From Candidatus Methanomethylicia archaeon (lineage in GTDB: Archaea; Thermoproteota; Methanomethylicia; CALHIW01): DNA of 64,000 bases. The stretch lies in contig JAWBQF010000001.1 in the NCBI GenBank assembly GCA_038845975.1, positions 96,743-160,742 on the forward strand. Reading direction: 5' to 3'. A program made the position numbers and the translations under genes. The notes under the pieces were generated by a model. That model did not search any database and was not told the origin of the DNA. It worked only from the letters and a program-made list of their open reading frames with translations. Shown one piece after another: positions 41,337 through 51,843 of this stretch (position 1 is the stretch's first letter; every line of letters starts with the position of its first letter).

Positions 41337-42581
41337 TTGTCTCTTAATGTTGAAGTAGAGTTAGGAGTAAACTATGTAAGTACTAGTGGCGGGAGAATAC
41401 CATTCATTATAAGGGTTAAAAGCGGGGAAACAGCACGTTTTAGAGCTCCTCTAAGTCTAGCTATAGCTATTGATGTTAGCGAATCTATGAGAGGACATAA
41501 ACTTGAAATGGCTAAAGAAGCAGCTAAAAGAGCTATCAACTGTTTAGGGGAGAAGGATATTCTTAGTCTCTATGCTTTTTCAGGTCATGTTGAGCCAATA
41601 GCTGAAAACGTATATGTTACAAGTAAGGAATGGTTTAAATACCATATTGATATGCTGAAAATTCATGCTTTTACAAATCTATTTGAAGCTTTAAATAGAG
41701 CTTGGAGAGCAGCTTTAAAATCTCCTCAAAACTATGTTAGAAGGGTTTTACTACTTACTGATGGGCAGCCTACAGTTGGTGAGAGAAATATTGAGGTGTT
41801 TAGCCGTGAATCTGGAGAAGCGTTTAGTAATGGCGTATCTATAGTATGTTATGGTATTGGGGAAGATTATAATGAAAACATTCTATATACTATTGCTAGA
41901 AGTTCTAATGGAATATTTAGACATATTGATGATCCAAACCAAATTGTTGAACACTTTGTCTATGATGTTAGTCAAATGCTTTCAACAATAGCTAACAACA
42001 CCACTCTAAGAATTATTCCAGTTCAGGGGGTTAAGGTAGCTATATATGGTAGAAACTACAATACTGTTGAAACTATAGCTGAAATCCCCATTGGAGGTAT
42101 TGAAGCAAATACAGCTGTAGAAGTTTACGGTGAACTCTTTACACCTCCAAGAATTGAGGGAGTCTATAGATTAGCATCTATTGAGTTGGTATATAATGAT
42201 ATTATCTCCAACACGCAGAAAATACTTAGCAACATAGCTGAAATAAGGACTATATACACAGCAAACAGTGAACTACTATCTAAAGGGGTGAATAAAACAG
42301 TTATTGATAGGGTTCTAGCACTCATAAAAACAGAGGAGATAAGTCAAGCCATAGCTAGAGGAGATACTAAAACATTAACAGCTAAACTTGAGGAAATAGG
42401 TAAAACAGTAATGCTTGACCCAGCGAAAACCCAAATACTTAAAGGAATAGGTAAGATACTTGATGAATACAGTAAAACAAGAAGGCTGGATACTAAGGAG
42501 GCATTATATTTAACAATGGCTTTACAGCAAGGTAAAACACAAGTACTTCCAGAAAGGAACACTAAAGATAAATCTATCTAG
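41337..42581 (+). CDS. vWA-domain protein with Thr-motif-rich C-terminal tail (ArnB-like)
   Basis: MIDAS DVSESM, LLTDG, GIG.DYN; helical tail with repeated KTxxL. Confidence 0.85.
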   Translation: MSLNVEVELGVNYVSTSGGRIPFIIRVKSGETARFRAPLSLAIAIDVSESMRGHKLEMAKEAAKRAINCLGEKDILSLYAFSGHVEPIAENVYVTSKEWFKYHIDMLKIHAFTNLFEALNRAWRAALKSPQNYVRRVLLLTDGQPTVGERNIEVFSRESGEAFSNGVSIVCYGIGEDYNENILYTIARSSNGIFRHIDDPNQIVEHFVYDVSQMLSTIANNTTLRIIPVQGVKVAIYGRNYNTVETIAEIPIGGIEANTAVEVYGELFTPPRIEGVYRLASIELVYNDIISNTQKILSNIAEIRTIYTANSELLSKGVNKTVIDRVLALIKTEEISQAIARGDTKTLTAKLEEIGKTVMLDPAKTQILKGIGKILDEYSKTRRLDTKEALYLTMALQQGKTQVLPERNTKDKSI

Positions 42582-43921
42582 CTAAAAACATGAAACCATC
42601 CATTAATAAGACTAATAGAAACATATTTTTTCTCTAATCCATATCTCTGATATGGCTTTGATAAATGTCTCATTGACCTTAAAGATGGGAGGTATAGGCC
42701 TTGCTTAACCATTCTAGGCTTAACAATTCTTTCACGGCTAAGCTTTAACCCTTTTAGCTTACATCTCCTACATCTATAACCCTGTCCTCTACCCATAGAC
42801 TCCATTCTCCTACTACATATTGGACATCGTGGATTCCTATACTCAAAATCCTCAGCTAAACTTATAATTTTAATATATTCAATATTAATTACTGTTGGAT
42901 TCTTAATAGTTCTCTTTCTAACTTCCCCTCCAACTTCAACGATATCACCGGGAACTAGTAGTAAGGCGGTTTTTCTAAGTCCTCCTGAAGGCCTATAAAC
43001 AGCGCATCGTATCCTACATCCTTTAGATTCAATGTAGAAGTATACATGACCGCCAATACCTACTTCAGGCTTAGATGCAATAGTACCTACAATATAGCCT
43101 GTAGTATAGGCTTTAAGCCTACATGGATTAAGCTCAAAACGTAGATGTTCAGCTGTACCTTGATTTGAACGGAATATTATATATCTCTCATATGGCTCCA
43201 TAATTCTAAGCATTTTAAAAGCTGATAATACGGCTTCAGCAGATTCACCTCTTATACCTAGAAGAACGGGATCAGGCCCTCTAGGAGTTATTAGAATTCT
43301 CCTCTTCTCATAATCATAATTATTGAATGTATAAGGCTTTGTAGCCTTATCCATTTCAACAACCGACTGGGGATCTATATTTCTAATTCTCTTACCAATA
43401 TTTTCTTTAACTCTATATGCTAGAAGTTCATAGGTATGATCACTATTAAGAGTATTGCCGATAGCAGCAAGAGCACCTACAACACCTCTACAATCCCCTC
43501 TACAGCTATATTTCATATTATATTTTCTAATAATTTTAAAAGCCTCACTAATACTTACAATACTCCATAAAGCTCTAGAAGCAAAATCCATAGCTTCCGG
43601 TGGAATAGTTCCTAAATGCATTACAACACCATAATTAGAGTTAGAGTCTGAAAACTCTTTAACAATACTTAAAACAATGTTAAATACATTATCTGGATCA
43701 CTACATTTAAACCTTAGTGCAACAGCACCATTACCTCTAGTTTTCCATGGAACACCCGGATTAAGCCTAATTAGATTTGGATAATCAATAAATACACAGT
43801 TTAAATCCAGAAGCTTCTCAACAATTAAAGCTGCAATATATGTTGTACACATGTACGTTCTAGAATCACAGTCATCTATTCCAACATGAACAATCACTTC
43901 AGAACCAGACATAGGTAACAC
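42578..43921 (-). CDS. tiaS: tRNA(Ile2) agmatinylcytidine synthetase
   Basis: GIDD.D..MCTTY, RLNP.VPWKTRGNG, SNQGT, OB fold, CPIC..CRRC Zn ribbon. Confidence 0.93.
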   Translation of the reverse strand: MLPMSGSEVIVHVGIDDCDSRTYMCTTYIAALIVEKLLDLNCVFIDYPNLIRLNPGVPWKTRGNGAVALRFKCSDPDNVFNIVLSIVKEFSDSNSNYGVVMHLGTIPPEAMDFASRALWSIVSISEAFKIIRKYNMKYSCRGDCRGVVGALAAIGNTLNSDHTYELLAYRVKENIGKRIRNIDPQSVVEMDKATKPYTFNNYDYEKRRILITPRGPDPVLLGIRGESAEAVLSAFKMLRIMEPYERYIIFRSNQGTAEHLRFELNPCRLKAYTTGYIVGTIASKPEVGIGGHVYFYIESKGCRIRCAVYRPSGGLRKTALLLVPGDIVEVGGEVRKRTIKNPTVINIEYIKIISLAEDFEYRNPRCPICSRRMESMGRGQGYRCRRCKLKGLKLSRERIVKPRMVKQGLYLPSLRSMRHLSKPYQRYGLEKKYVSISLINGWFHVFS

Positions 43922-43925
43922 TAAA

Positions 43926-44891
43926 TTAGCTTATAGCAATGTATTCCTTAAGGCCTACTGGAAGAGGCCACATTGCTAATACTTCAAGGTTCAGTATAAT
44001 CTGCCTTCTATTATTTAAGCCAAGAATTCTATATATAATTTCGATAATTCCAGGTTTAGGAGGTTCAATGTATCTTATAGGCGTATTTCTAGGTAATCCT
44101 GCAATCTCCCTTGCTTTTGCAATAGCATCATCAAGGCTTCCAACACCATCTATAAGACCTATCTCTAATGCCTGCCTCCCAGTAAATGGTTTACCACTAA
44201 AAACCTCATCAAGCCGGTTAATATCTATTTTACTACCTCTATAATTTAAAACTTCACTACTAAAAGTACTAAATGTTGAATTAACAATTTCCTGAAGAAT
44301 AGCTATTTCACTACTAGTCATGTTACGATATGGGCTTCCAATATCTTTCAACATTCCAGACTTAAACGTATATACCTTAACACCTAGCTTATCAAGTAGA
44401 TTACTAAATGTAACCACTACGGAAACAACACCTATAGAGCCTACTAGACTATCAGGCTCAGCATTAATATATTTAGTGGGTAGTGAAGCAAGGTAGGCTC
44501 CTGATGTACCATACTCTCTAATATGAACTATAACTATCTTCTTATCAGAAAGCTTTCTTACAGCTTCAAAAACATCTCTGGAAGCTACAGCACTACCACC
44601 TGGACTATTAACTAGTAGTATAACAGCTTTAGCTGAAGAATCATCTCCAACACTTTTAAAAACCTTAGATATATCTTCAGGATTTAATGTAGATCCGAAG
44701 ACGTTAAGTAGTGATGAACTATAAGCAATACTTCCATCAAGCCTAATGACAGCAATATATTCTCTATTAGTTGAGAAAAAGTACTGCCGAGTAAAAACAG
44801 TTAAAGCTAAATATGCAGCAATAGATAGTCCAACTATAACAATCATTAACAAAGCCAATATCTTAACAGTTTCCCTCACCAATCCCACCAT
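43926..44891 (-). CDS. sppA: Signal peptide peptidase (S49)
   Basis: N-terminal TM, NSPGG, TSGAY, GSIGV, KSG..KD. Confidence 0.9.
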   Translation of the reverse strand: MVGLVRETVKILALLMIVIVGLSIAAYLALTVFTRQYFFSTNREYIAVIRLDGSIAYSSSLLNVFGSTLNPEDISKVFKSVGDDSSAKAVILLVNSPGGSAVASRDVFEAVRKLSDKKIVIVHIREYGTSGAYLASLPTKYINAEPDSLVGSIGVVSVVVTFSNLLDKLGVKVYTFKSGMLKDIGSPYRNMTSSEIAILQEIVNSTFSTFSSEVLNYRGSKIDINRLDEVFSGKPFTGRQALEIGLIDGVGSLDDAIAKAREIAGLPRNTPIRYIEPPKPGIIEIIYRILGLNNRRQIILNLEVLAMWPLPVGLKEYIAIS

Positions 44892-45040
44892 GAGAAACTA
44901 TTAGGCAAGCTTATAAATTTATCATTATTTAGGTAATCAGTTAATTCAAATATGATTCCGTAATCCACTAATATATGATACTATATCCAGCAGTTCCAGA
45001 ATATATAGATTTAAATAGACATGAATCGTAATAGGTATTG

Positions 45041-45640
45041 ATGAAGAAACTTTATGCGTTTAGGGAGGTCAAGAAACTTATTGGCGTTACTACTAGGACT
45101 ATTCAGAAGTGGGATAGAGAGGTAAAATAATGGTTGTTAGGACTGTTGATGGTAGAAGAAGGATTCCTGAGAGTTAGATTAAATGTATACTTGGTTTGAG
45201 GGAGGGATCATAGTTGGATATGTTAGGGTGTTATCCTCAACCTGGAAAGACGGTCTTGAAAGGCAGATGTAAGCCATACTAAACTACGCTAGAGATAAAG
45301 ATTATGGAGACATTAGGTGTGGACTGATGTCGGTTCAGGATTAAACGAGAATAGGAAGAACTTAGTGAAGTTTCTAGAGATAATTGCTGATAGAAGGGTT
45401 TCAAAAGTGACTGTAACTTATGAGAGTAGACTTATCAGATTTGGCTTTAAAACCTTGAGGAAGCTCTTCTCAGCCTTCAACATAGCCATAAAGGTTATAA
45501 ACCATGAAGAAGAGTCCCTCAAGAGGAACTTCGTTAGAGACCTAATAACTATAGTCTTGCATTCTGCTGGAAAGCTCTATGGTTTAAAGGGCTATAAGTA
45601 TAAGGAGCTATTAAAGATGTCGAACAGCTTGTACCAGGTT
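45041..45640 (+). pseudogene. IS607-family serine recombinase (tnpA), broken
   Basis: MKKLY..VKKLIGVTTRTIQKWDRE HTH; GYVRV; DVGSGLNENRK; RLIRFGF; AGKLYG; stops and frameshifts. Confidence 0.85.
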
Positions 45641-46577
45641 AGAGCATACAGTATCAAGCATGACTATGATGTTTAAGAGTTTCTTGAGGCATATAGGCTT
45701 ATTCTGCAGAAAGCCGTGATGAGGTTTGAGTTAGAATTAAATGGATTGAGAAGATTGATAGAAAAGGTAGACGAAGGATCATGCCAGTAACCCCAAAGAA
45801 TGAAGTATTCAAGCATCACTACCTAAGAAGCCTGTCATTAAGAGGTTTCTTAGGTAGGGGTAGGATCACTTAACGTTAACTTTCAGATTCAAGAGGAAAA
45901 TTGAGTTAATGGAGAAGATTGCATGGAATTACAATGAGAGAAGTTTAGACCGGTTTAATCCAGAGCTAATGGATAAAAGTAAGCCTAGTAAAACTGTTCC
46001 ACATCCATAGAATCTACGAGATTAAAAGGAGAAGGTTGTATAGGGTAGCGTCGAAGAACCCATCTCTAAGGGCTGTTCTAGCAAAGTATCAGGGAACAGG
46101 GAAGAATAGAGCGGGGAATTTCATACATAAGTTAACATCCTTCCGGTCAGGAAGCTCAGGAAATATGTTCACGGCTTCGAAGATTTAGAGAAGAAGCGGA
46201 TACCTAACGGCTCGAAGAAACATAATAGAAACGTTGAAAAACAATTGGAGGATGATTCAATCCTTCATGTCTTACAAATCAAAAGTCGTCATTCTCAACC
46301 CGAAGAATACAAGTAAAGGATGATTTAGATGCGGATGATTAATGCCATGAAAGGACATTTTATAGGTGTAGAAGCTACGAGTTGAGGATCGACAAGCAGC
46401 TGAATGCAGTCATAAACCTGTATCTTCAGATGGGGCTTACTCCAAGCTCTTTGACGAACTTATGAAGTTTTGGAGGAGCACCCAGATGAGGATGAGGCCT
46501 ATGAACTCGTGAGGAAAGCTAGGCTAATGAATCCCAAGGTCTACATACTTCTATCAAAGACTATGTAGCTCAGAACC
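45618..46577 (+). mobile_element. IS607 tnpB pseudogene and right-end region
   Basis: Follows tnpA. Fragments WNYNE.SLD, IHRIYE, FIHKLT, FEDL, SFMSYKS..LNPKNTSK, DKQLNA.INL. More GC-rich than flanks. Confidence 0.75.
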
Positions 46578-46756
46578 ATATCGTAGACATATGTAATTAT
46601 CACAAGCTTCCATGCCTTTAAAGTTTGGCATATATTTCATGAAATATAAGAAATCTATAAGTCTTAGATGTAAGGTAGTTGACGGCTTAAGTTTAAGAGA
46701 CATGGTTTTCCAACGATATCTTTATAATCTACATAAGATTTTAATTTAGATCTACA

Positions 46757-47779
46757 GTGTGGAAGTACTTATTAGGTGAGATGCCTAAAGGATGTAGAAT
46801 ATGTATGAGTGGAGGGAAACTTACACTATTTGTTACTGGGCTATGTAATAATAAATGTTTCTACTGTCCAGTAAGTGAGGAGAAAAGAAGAGATATATGT
46901 TATGCCAATGAGAGATTAGTGAAGAGTATAGAGGATATAGTTGAGGAGGCTAAGCTAATGAATGCTAAGGGAACAGGTATAACTGGAGGAGAGCCTTTAC
47001 TAGTTTTTGATAGAGTGAAAGCTTACATAGATCTGCTTAAAAACGTTTTTGGAAGCTCACACCATATACATCTATACACTACAGAAATATCAAATAGGGT
47101 TATGGAGCTTGTAGATAGGGGACTTGATGAAGTACGCTACCATCCAGTTAACCTTAACATTAGTAAAATAGATAAATCAATAGTTAAAAGAATAAGGGAA
47201 AGTGCAGATATAGGTATTGAGATACCGTCAATACCAGGTAGATATAAAGACATGGCTAAAATAGTATTAATGGCTGGGGATCTTGGATTCCAATTTATAA
47301 ACATAAATGAACTTGAATTCTCAGAAGCTAATTATAAACAGCTTAGACTAATGGGGTTAAGAATTAGAAGAAAACATATAGCTGCAGTTAATGGAAGTCT
47401 AAATGAAGCGTTTAAAATAATTAAGTGGGCATCTAGAGAAATTAAAGACCTATCAATCCATATATGTCCATCAAGCTTCAAAGACAAGTATCAGTATAGA
47501 CTTAGGCTTATTAGGACAGCTAGAAACATAGCTAAACCCTATGAAAAAATAAATAATGACGGAACCATAACGAAACTAGTTATTAAAACAAACAATCCTA
47601 AACAAATAGTTGAAAAGGCAAAAATACCTAGAACCATGTATAGAATATTTAAAAACAAACTTGAAACATCAATAAACTACCTAAATAAACTAGTAGGAAT
47701 TAAAAATGTTGAAGTATACAAATATGTATATCTACCTACATATGATAGAAAGATTTTAGTAATAGATAAAGCTACATAA
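46757..47779 (+). CDS. Radical SAM protein (COG2108-like)
   Basis: GC..C..G.KL.LFVTGLCNNKCFYCP, TGGEP, HIHLYT, NINELEFSE. Confidence 0.85.
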   Translation: MWKYLLGEMPKGCRICMSGGKLTLFVTGLCNNKCFYCPVSEEKRRDICYANERLVKSIEDIVEEAKLMNAKGTGITGGEPLLVFDRVKAYIDLLKNVFGSSHHIHLYTTEISNRVMELVDRGLDEVRYHPVNLNISKIDKSIVKRIRESADIGIEIPSIPGRYKDMAKIVLMAGDLGFQFININELEFSEANYKQLRLMGLRIRRKHIAAVNGSLNEAFKIIKWASREIKDLSIHICPSSFKDKYQYRLRLIRTARNIAKPYEKINNDGTITKLVIKTNNPKQIVEKAKIPRTMYRIFKNKLETSINYLNKLVGIKNVEVYKYVYLPTYDRKILVIDKAT

Positions 47780-47820
47780 CATACTCAACTATAGACCTAT
47801 AATATGCTAAGCTAAAACCT

Positions 47821-48192
47821 ATGTTTGCAACAGTATATATTGATAGTTTAGAAAGAAGAATATATGTTAAAGGATATGGAGATAGATTTAAAGAGTTCTT
47901 TAAAGAGAATCTGGAGAATCTCGGCTTTACAGTTGAAAGCGAATCTGAAGAGGTAATCATTACGGTTTCACCGCAATTTAACAATATCAAAGAGGTTTTA
48001 GAAATAGCTAACAAAATTGATGAAGACATTAGGTCTGAATGGTGTAAAACAATGGGGGGACATAGCTTCCAGCTAGGTATAAGTATTGAAGTTGATGAAA
48101 ACAATGAAAAATTCATTAGAGCTATATGTTACAAGTGTGGATTAATAAGGAAAATCTATATAAATAGCGAGAAACTAAACACTACTCAATAA
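47821..48192 (+). CDS. Hypothetical protein with possible C-terminal Zn site
   Basis: WCKTMGGH...CYKC; co-oriented, 41 bp after the radical SAM gene. Confidence 0.6.
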   Translation: MFATVYIDSLERRIYVKGYGDRFKEFFKENLENLGFTVESESEEVIITVSPQFNNIKEVLEIANKIDEDIRSEWCKTMGGHSFQLGISIEVDENNEKFIRAICYKCGLIRKIYINSEKLNTTQ

Positions 48193-48509
48193 GTTAGTGA
48201 ATATAAGAGTATAGTAGCTACATAGATAATAATTAACTATTAAACTACTCTTAAGCTTAAAACTCAAATTCTTTAAGTTGTTAGTCACTAAATTCACTTC
48301 TAAACCCTCTAACATATAATTCTAATGCTCCATCGTCTTCTATTCACTGCAATATTTTATGAATTTGTCAGATTATAATCTCAGCTTGAATACCCTAAAA
48401 ACTACATACTTGCCAAAATCATTCAAAGTACTATAGCGCTTAATCCTACTGGATATGTAACTAAACCATATCATACTCTAACTATTGCAATGGAGGTTTG
48501 AACATATAT

Positions 48510-49091
48510 TTATTTAGTTAATTTATCTATTAGCTTGGTTATGTTGTTTATATTGTAGTTTTCGTTTTGACTTCCAATTATGAATGTTTTTAGCTTGAGC
48601 TTTCTTCCTGCTTCAAGATCCCATACAGTATCTCCTACAAAGACTGTTTCTTCAGGCTTAGCTTTAAACCTATTAAGCACTATTCTTAACTGTTCTTCTC
48701 TAAATATACTATCATCTCTTGTAATAATAATGTCAAAATATTCTAGTACTCCAAGCTTTTCTAAAGCTTTAATAGCTGGTCTACGAGCTTGAAGAGTTAC
48801 AAGAGCTACTTTAAACCCTAAATTCTTAATTTCCCCTAAGAATTCTATAAGTCTACCATCTCTTCTAGCTTTTAAAGCAGCTTTATACTCATATTCCTCA
48901 ATAATTCTGTATGCCTCCCTAATAAGTCTAGGATCTCCTCTAGCTGCTTCAGGAATGCTTGTTGCAAGCGGTTTTAATGGATGATTTGTTCTTAACATTT
49001 GCCTAATAACCTCCCTTATCTGGTTCCAGTCAATATTTAAGTCTGTAAGGGTTCCATCAAGATCTGATATTAAATATTTTAGTTCACTCAT
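48510..49091 (-). CDS. HAD-family phosphatase
   Basis: DLDGT, VT, VGDT.WD. Confidence 0.85.
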   Translation of the reverse strand: MSELKYLISDLDGTLTDLNIDWNQIREVIRQMLRTNHPLKPLATSIPEAARGDPRLIREAYRIIEEYEYKAALKARRDGRLIEFLGEIKNLGFKVALVTLQARRPAIKALEKLGVLEYFDIIITRDDSIFREEQLRIVLNRFKAKPEETVFVGDTVWDLEAGRKLKLKTFIIGSQNENYNINNITKLIDKLTK

Positions 49092-49100
49092 CTCTCTCCC

Positions 49101-50279
49101 TCATACATCTTTAATGCTACTTATTTTCTTAAGTATCTGCTTATTATAGTATGCTATTTTACCATCCACTAACGTAAGCTTTATGTTTTCAGCTTCACAT
49201 CTATGTATGATGCTTAACATTATATTTCTGCTTTTAACCATGTTTGGATCATTTAACCCTATGAATACTATATTCGCTTTCTTTCCCTCTTCTATTGATC
49301 CATACTTATCACTAATCCTTAATGCTTTAGCCGCATTTACTGTTACCATTTTCAGTATTTCTTCAGCTTTTGGAAAGCTTGTATTTTTAAGCATTGCTCT
49401 ATAATGCTTATATACATACTCCATTTCCCTAAACATATTCGGACTATTCCATGCAACATTATCGGTTCCTAAAGCAATGTTAATGTTCTCGTTAAGCATT
49501 AGGTTTAGTGGTGGGGTTCCAATACCGAAGGAGGCATTAGCTCTTGGACATATTACGATCGATATTTTTCTTTCCTTAGCTTCTAATATATTATTTCTTG
49601 AAGCGTAAATCATATGAACTAAAATATCCGGCTCTAAATGTTTAAGAGCAAGTTTAAACTCGTTTTCATCATTCATCTCCTCAAGTACGTGGGCAGCTAT
49701 AATTTTGCCATGTTTTTTAGCTAATTCCCTAATGAATTTCAAATCATTAACTGAATAGTTAAATACACTACTAATTCCAAACCCATCACTACAGTTAATC
49801 AAGTCATTAACTTCATGAATTCCTCTACTAGGTCTTCCGAGAATAACTGGCTTAACTATACTATTCTTCATAGCTTTACGAAGTATTCTAACTCCTTCAA
49901 CTCCTCCCTCCCTGAAATCACAGAATATCGTTGTTCCTGTAGAAGCTAGAAATAGTAATGTTTTACTTATAGCTTTTATAAGTTGTCTTCTAGATGTAGA
50001 TTTAAGTAGCTTATGCTTTAATCCATTAGGATATGATACAAGCTCTCTTAGACTTAGTCCAAATCCAACATCTTTAAATGCTGAATCTCCAGTATGTATA
50101 TGTGCATTAATTATTCCTGGAATAGCTATTGTTGATCTTAAATCTATAGTATTAGACTCTGAAACATATCCCCTCCCAATCTCCACTATGTATTCATCTT
50201 CAACTGTAATATGTCCTCCACTAATTAAATCCAGATTTTCACCATAGGTGAAAAATCCAATGTTAAACGTAGTGTTCAT
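49101..50279 (-). CDS. Amidohydrolase-superfamily deaminase
   Basis: NAHIHTGDS, DFREGG, AHVLE, VHM, CPRAN, LGTDN. Confidence 0.85.
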   Translation of the reverse strand: MNTTFNIGFFTYGENLDLISGGHITVEDEYIVEIGRGYVSESNTIDLRSTIAIPGIINAHIHTGDSAFKDVGFGLSLRELVSYPNGLKHKLLKSTSRRQLIKAISKTLLFLASTGTTIFCDFREGGVEGVRILRKAMKNSIVKPVILGRPSRGIHEVNDLINCSDGFGISSVFNYSVNDLKFIRELAKKHGKIIAAHVLEEMNDENEFKLALKHLEPDILVHMIYASRNNILEAKERKISIVICPRANASFGIGTPPLNLMLNENINIALGTDNVAWNSPNMFREMEYVYKHYRAMLKNTSFPKAEEILKMVTVNAAKALRISDKYGSIEEGKKANIVFIGLNDPNMVKSRNIMLSIIHRCEAENIKLTLVDGKIAYYNKQILKKISSIKDV

Positions 50280-50303
50280 GAAGAATCCTCATTATGTTTA
50301 AGA

Positions 50304-51458
50304 CTAGCTACTTATTATTCTTATAATGTTATATAGAGTGTCTCTCTGTGCAGGTATTTTCCCAGCTTCTATTATTATTCTTACCATTTCGCTTGGAGTC
50401 ATACATTGCCCTGATACTGCTCCTGCAGCTCTTGAAATATTTTCCTCAATTAATGTTCCACCAATATCGTTTACTCCTGCATTAAGAAGAAATTGAGCAT
50501 ATTTAGGACCAAGCTTAACCCATGAAGCCTGTATATTTCTAATATAGTTGTTCAGATATATTCTGGATATTGCATGTACTTTTAAATCCTCGATACCTGT
50601 AGGTCCAGGCTTAGCTATTCCAGATTTGTAGATTTCAGTATTATAATGTATAAATCCTAACGGTATAAACTCAGTAAATCCACCTGTTTCTCTCTGTATT
50701 TCCCTTATTATTGAGAGATGGTTAACCTTATCCTCTACTGTTTCAACATGGCCATACATCATGGTTGATGTTGTAGGTATATTGAGTTTATGTGCTGTCT
50801 TAACTATATTTATCCATTCCTCTACAGATATTTTTCTTGGACATATTATATGCCTAATTCTATTACTCAGTATCTCAGCTGCTGTTCCAGGCATACTGTT
50901 AAGACCTGCCTCCTTTAGGGCTTTAAGATATTCCTTAACAGGGAGATTTAATGTTTCTGCTCCATAAGCAATCTCCATCGGTGAGAAGGCATGTATATGT
51001 ATTCCTGGAATCTCCCTTTTAATTGCTCTACATATCTCAATGTAGTATTCACCATTAATCTTAGGATTTATAGCTCCCTGAATACATACTTCTGTTGCTC
51101 CCATAGAATATGCTTCTCTAGCCTTCTTAACAATTTCACTTATAGGCATTATGTAAGCATTAGAGCTACCAACATCAACACTATATGCACAGAATCTACA
51201 TCTTATAGTACATTCATTTGTGAAGTTTATGTTCCTATTAATAATGAATGTAACAATATCACCTATTTTTCTTCTTCTAAGCTCGTTAGCAACTAGGATT
51301 ATTGCTAAAAGCTCATTATTATTGGTGTTAAATAGCTTAATAGCCTCATCACTGCTTATATCCCTACCTGATAAGGCCCTATCAAGAATTGAAGCAATAA
51401 TAGGATCTATATCTCTTAGAAGAGATTCAATACTCACACCATATGTTTTAATCACCAA
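50304..51458 (-). CDS. cofH: FO synthase subunit CofH
   Basis: NRNINFTNEC..RCRFC, MPGTAAEIL, NIQASWVKLG, GGTLIEENISRAAGA. Confidence 0.88.
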   Translation of the reverse strand: MVIKTYGVSIESLLRDIDPIIASILDRALSGRDISSDEAIKLFNTNNNELLAIILVANELRRRKIGDIVTFIINRNINFTNECTIRCRFCAYSVDVGSSNAYIMPISEIVKKAREAYSMGATEVCIQGAINPKINGEYYIEICRAIKREIPGIHIHAFSPMEIAYGAETLNLPVKEYLKALKEAGLNSMPGTAAEILSNRIRHIICPRKISVEEWINIVKTAHKLNIPTTSTMMYGHVETVEDKVNHLSIIREIQRETGGFTEFIPLGFIHYNTEIYKSGIAKPGPTGIEDLKVHAISRIYLNNYIRNIQASWVKLGPKYAQFLLNAGVNDIGGTLIEENISRAAGAVSGQCMTPSEMVRIIIEAGKIPAQRDTLYNIIRIISS

Positions 51459-51843
51459 TATTTAAATTATCATTATATATTGCTTAAGATTTTAATTTTC
51501 TCCAAAGCTAAAGGATTCTAGCTCTATTAATTGTTCATGGTTCAGCAACTCATTACAGCCTCCTCATCCATTACAGTTCATACCTTCAATCGAAAGATGT
51601 ACCCTACCTGCTAGCTATTCAACCGAAGTTAATGTCTACAGAATCTCAAAAGTATAGATCTTGTCTCTGTATCAGAGCTGCATCTCTCCAGCTATAGACA
51701 GTAGAGTAGGAGCATATTTAAATCCATCAGTATTCCATAATTAAAGTCTAGGAATTCATTGTTGATTTCATGGTAATATGGGATATATAGGTTTAGACTT
51801 GATGTAAAGAAGTGGGATTTATGATATATTGATTTTAGCTAAG

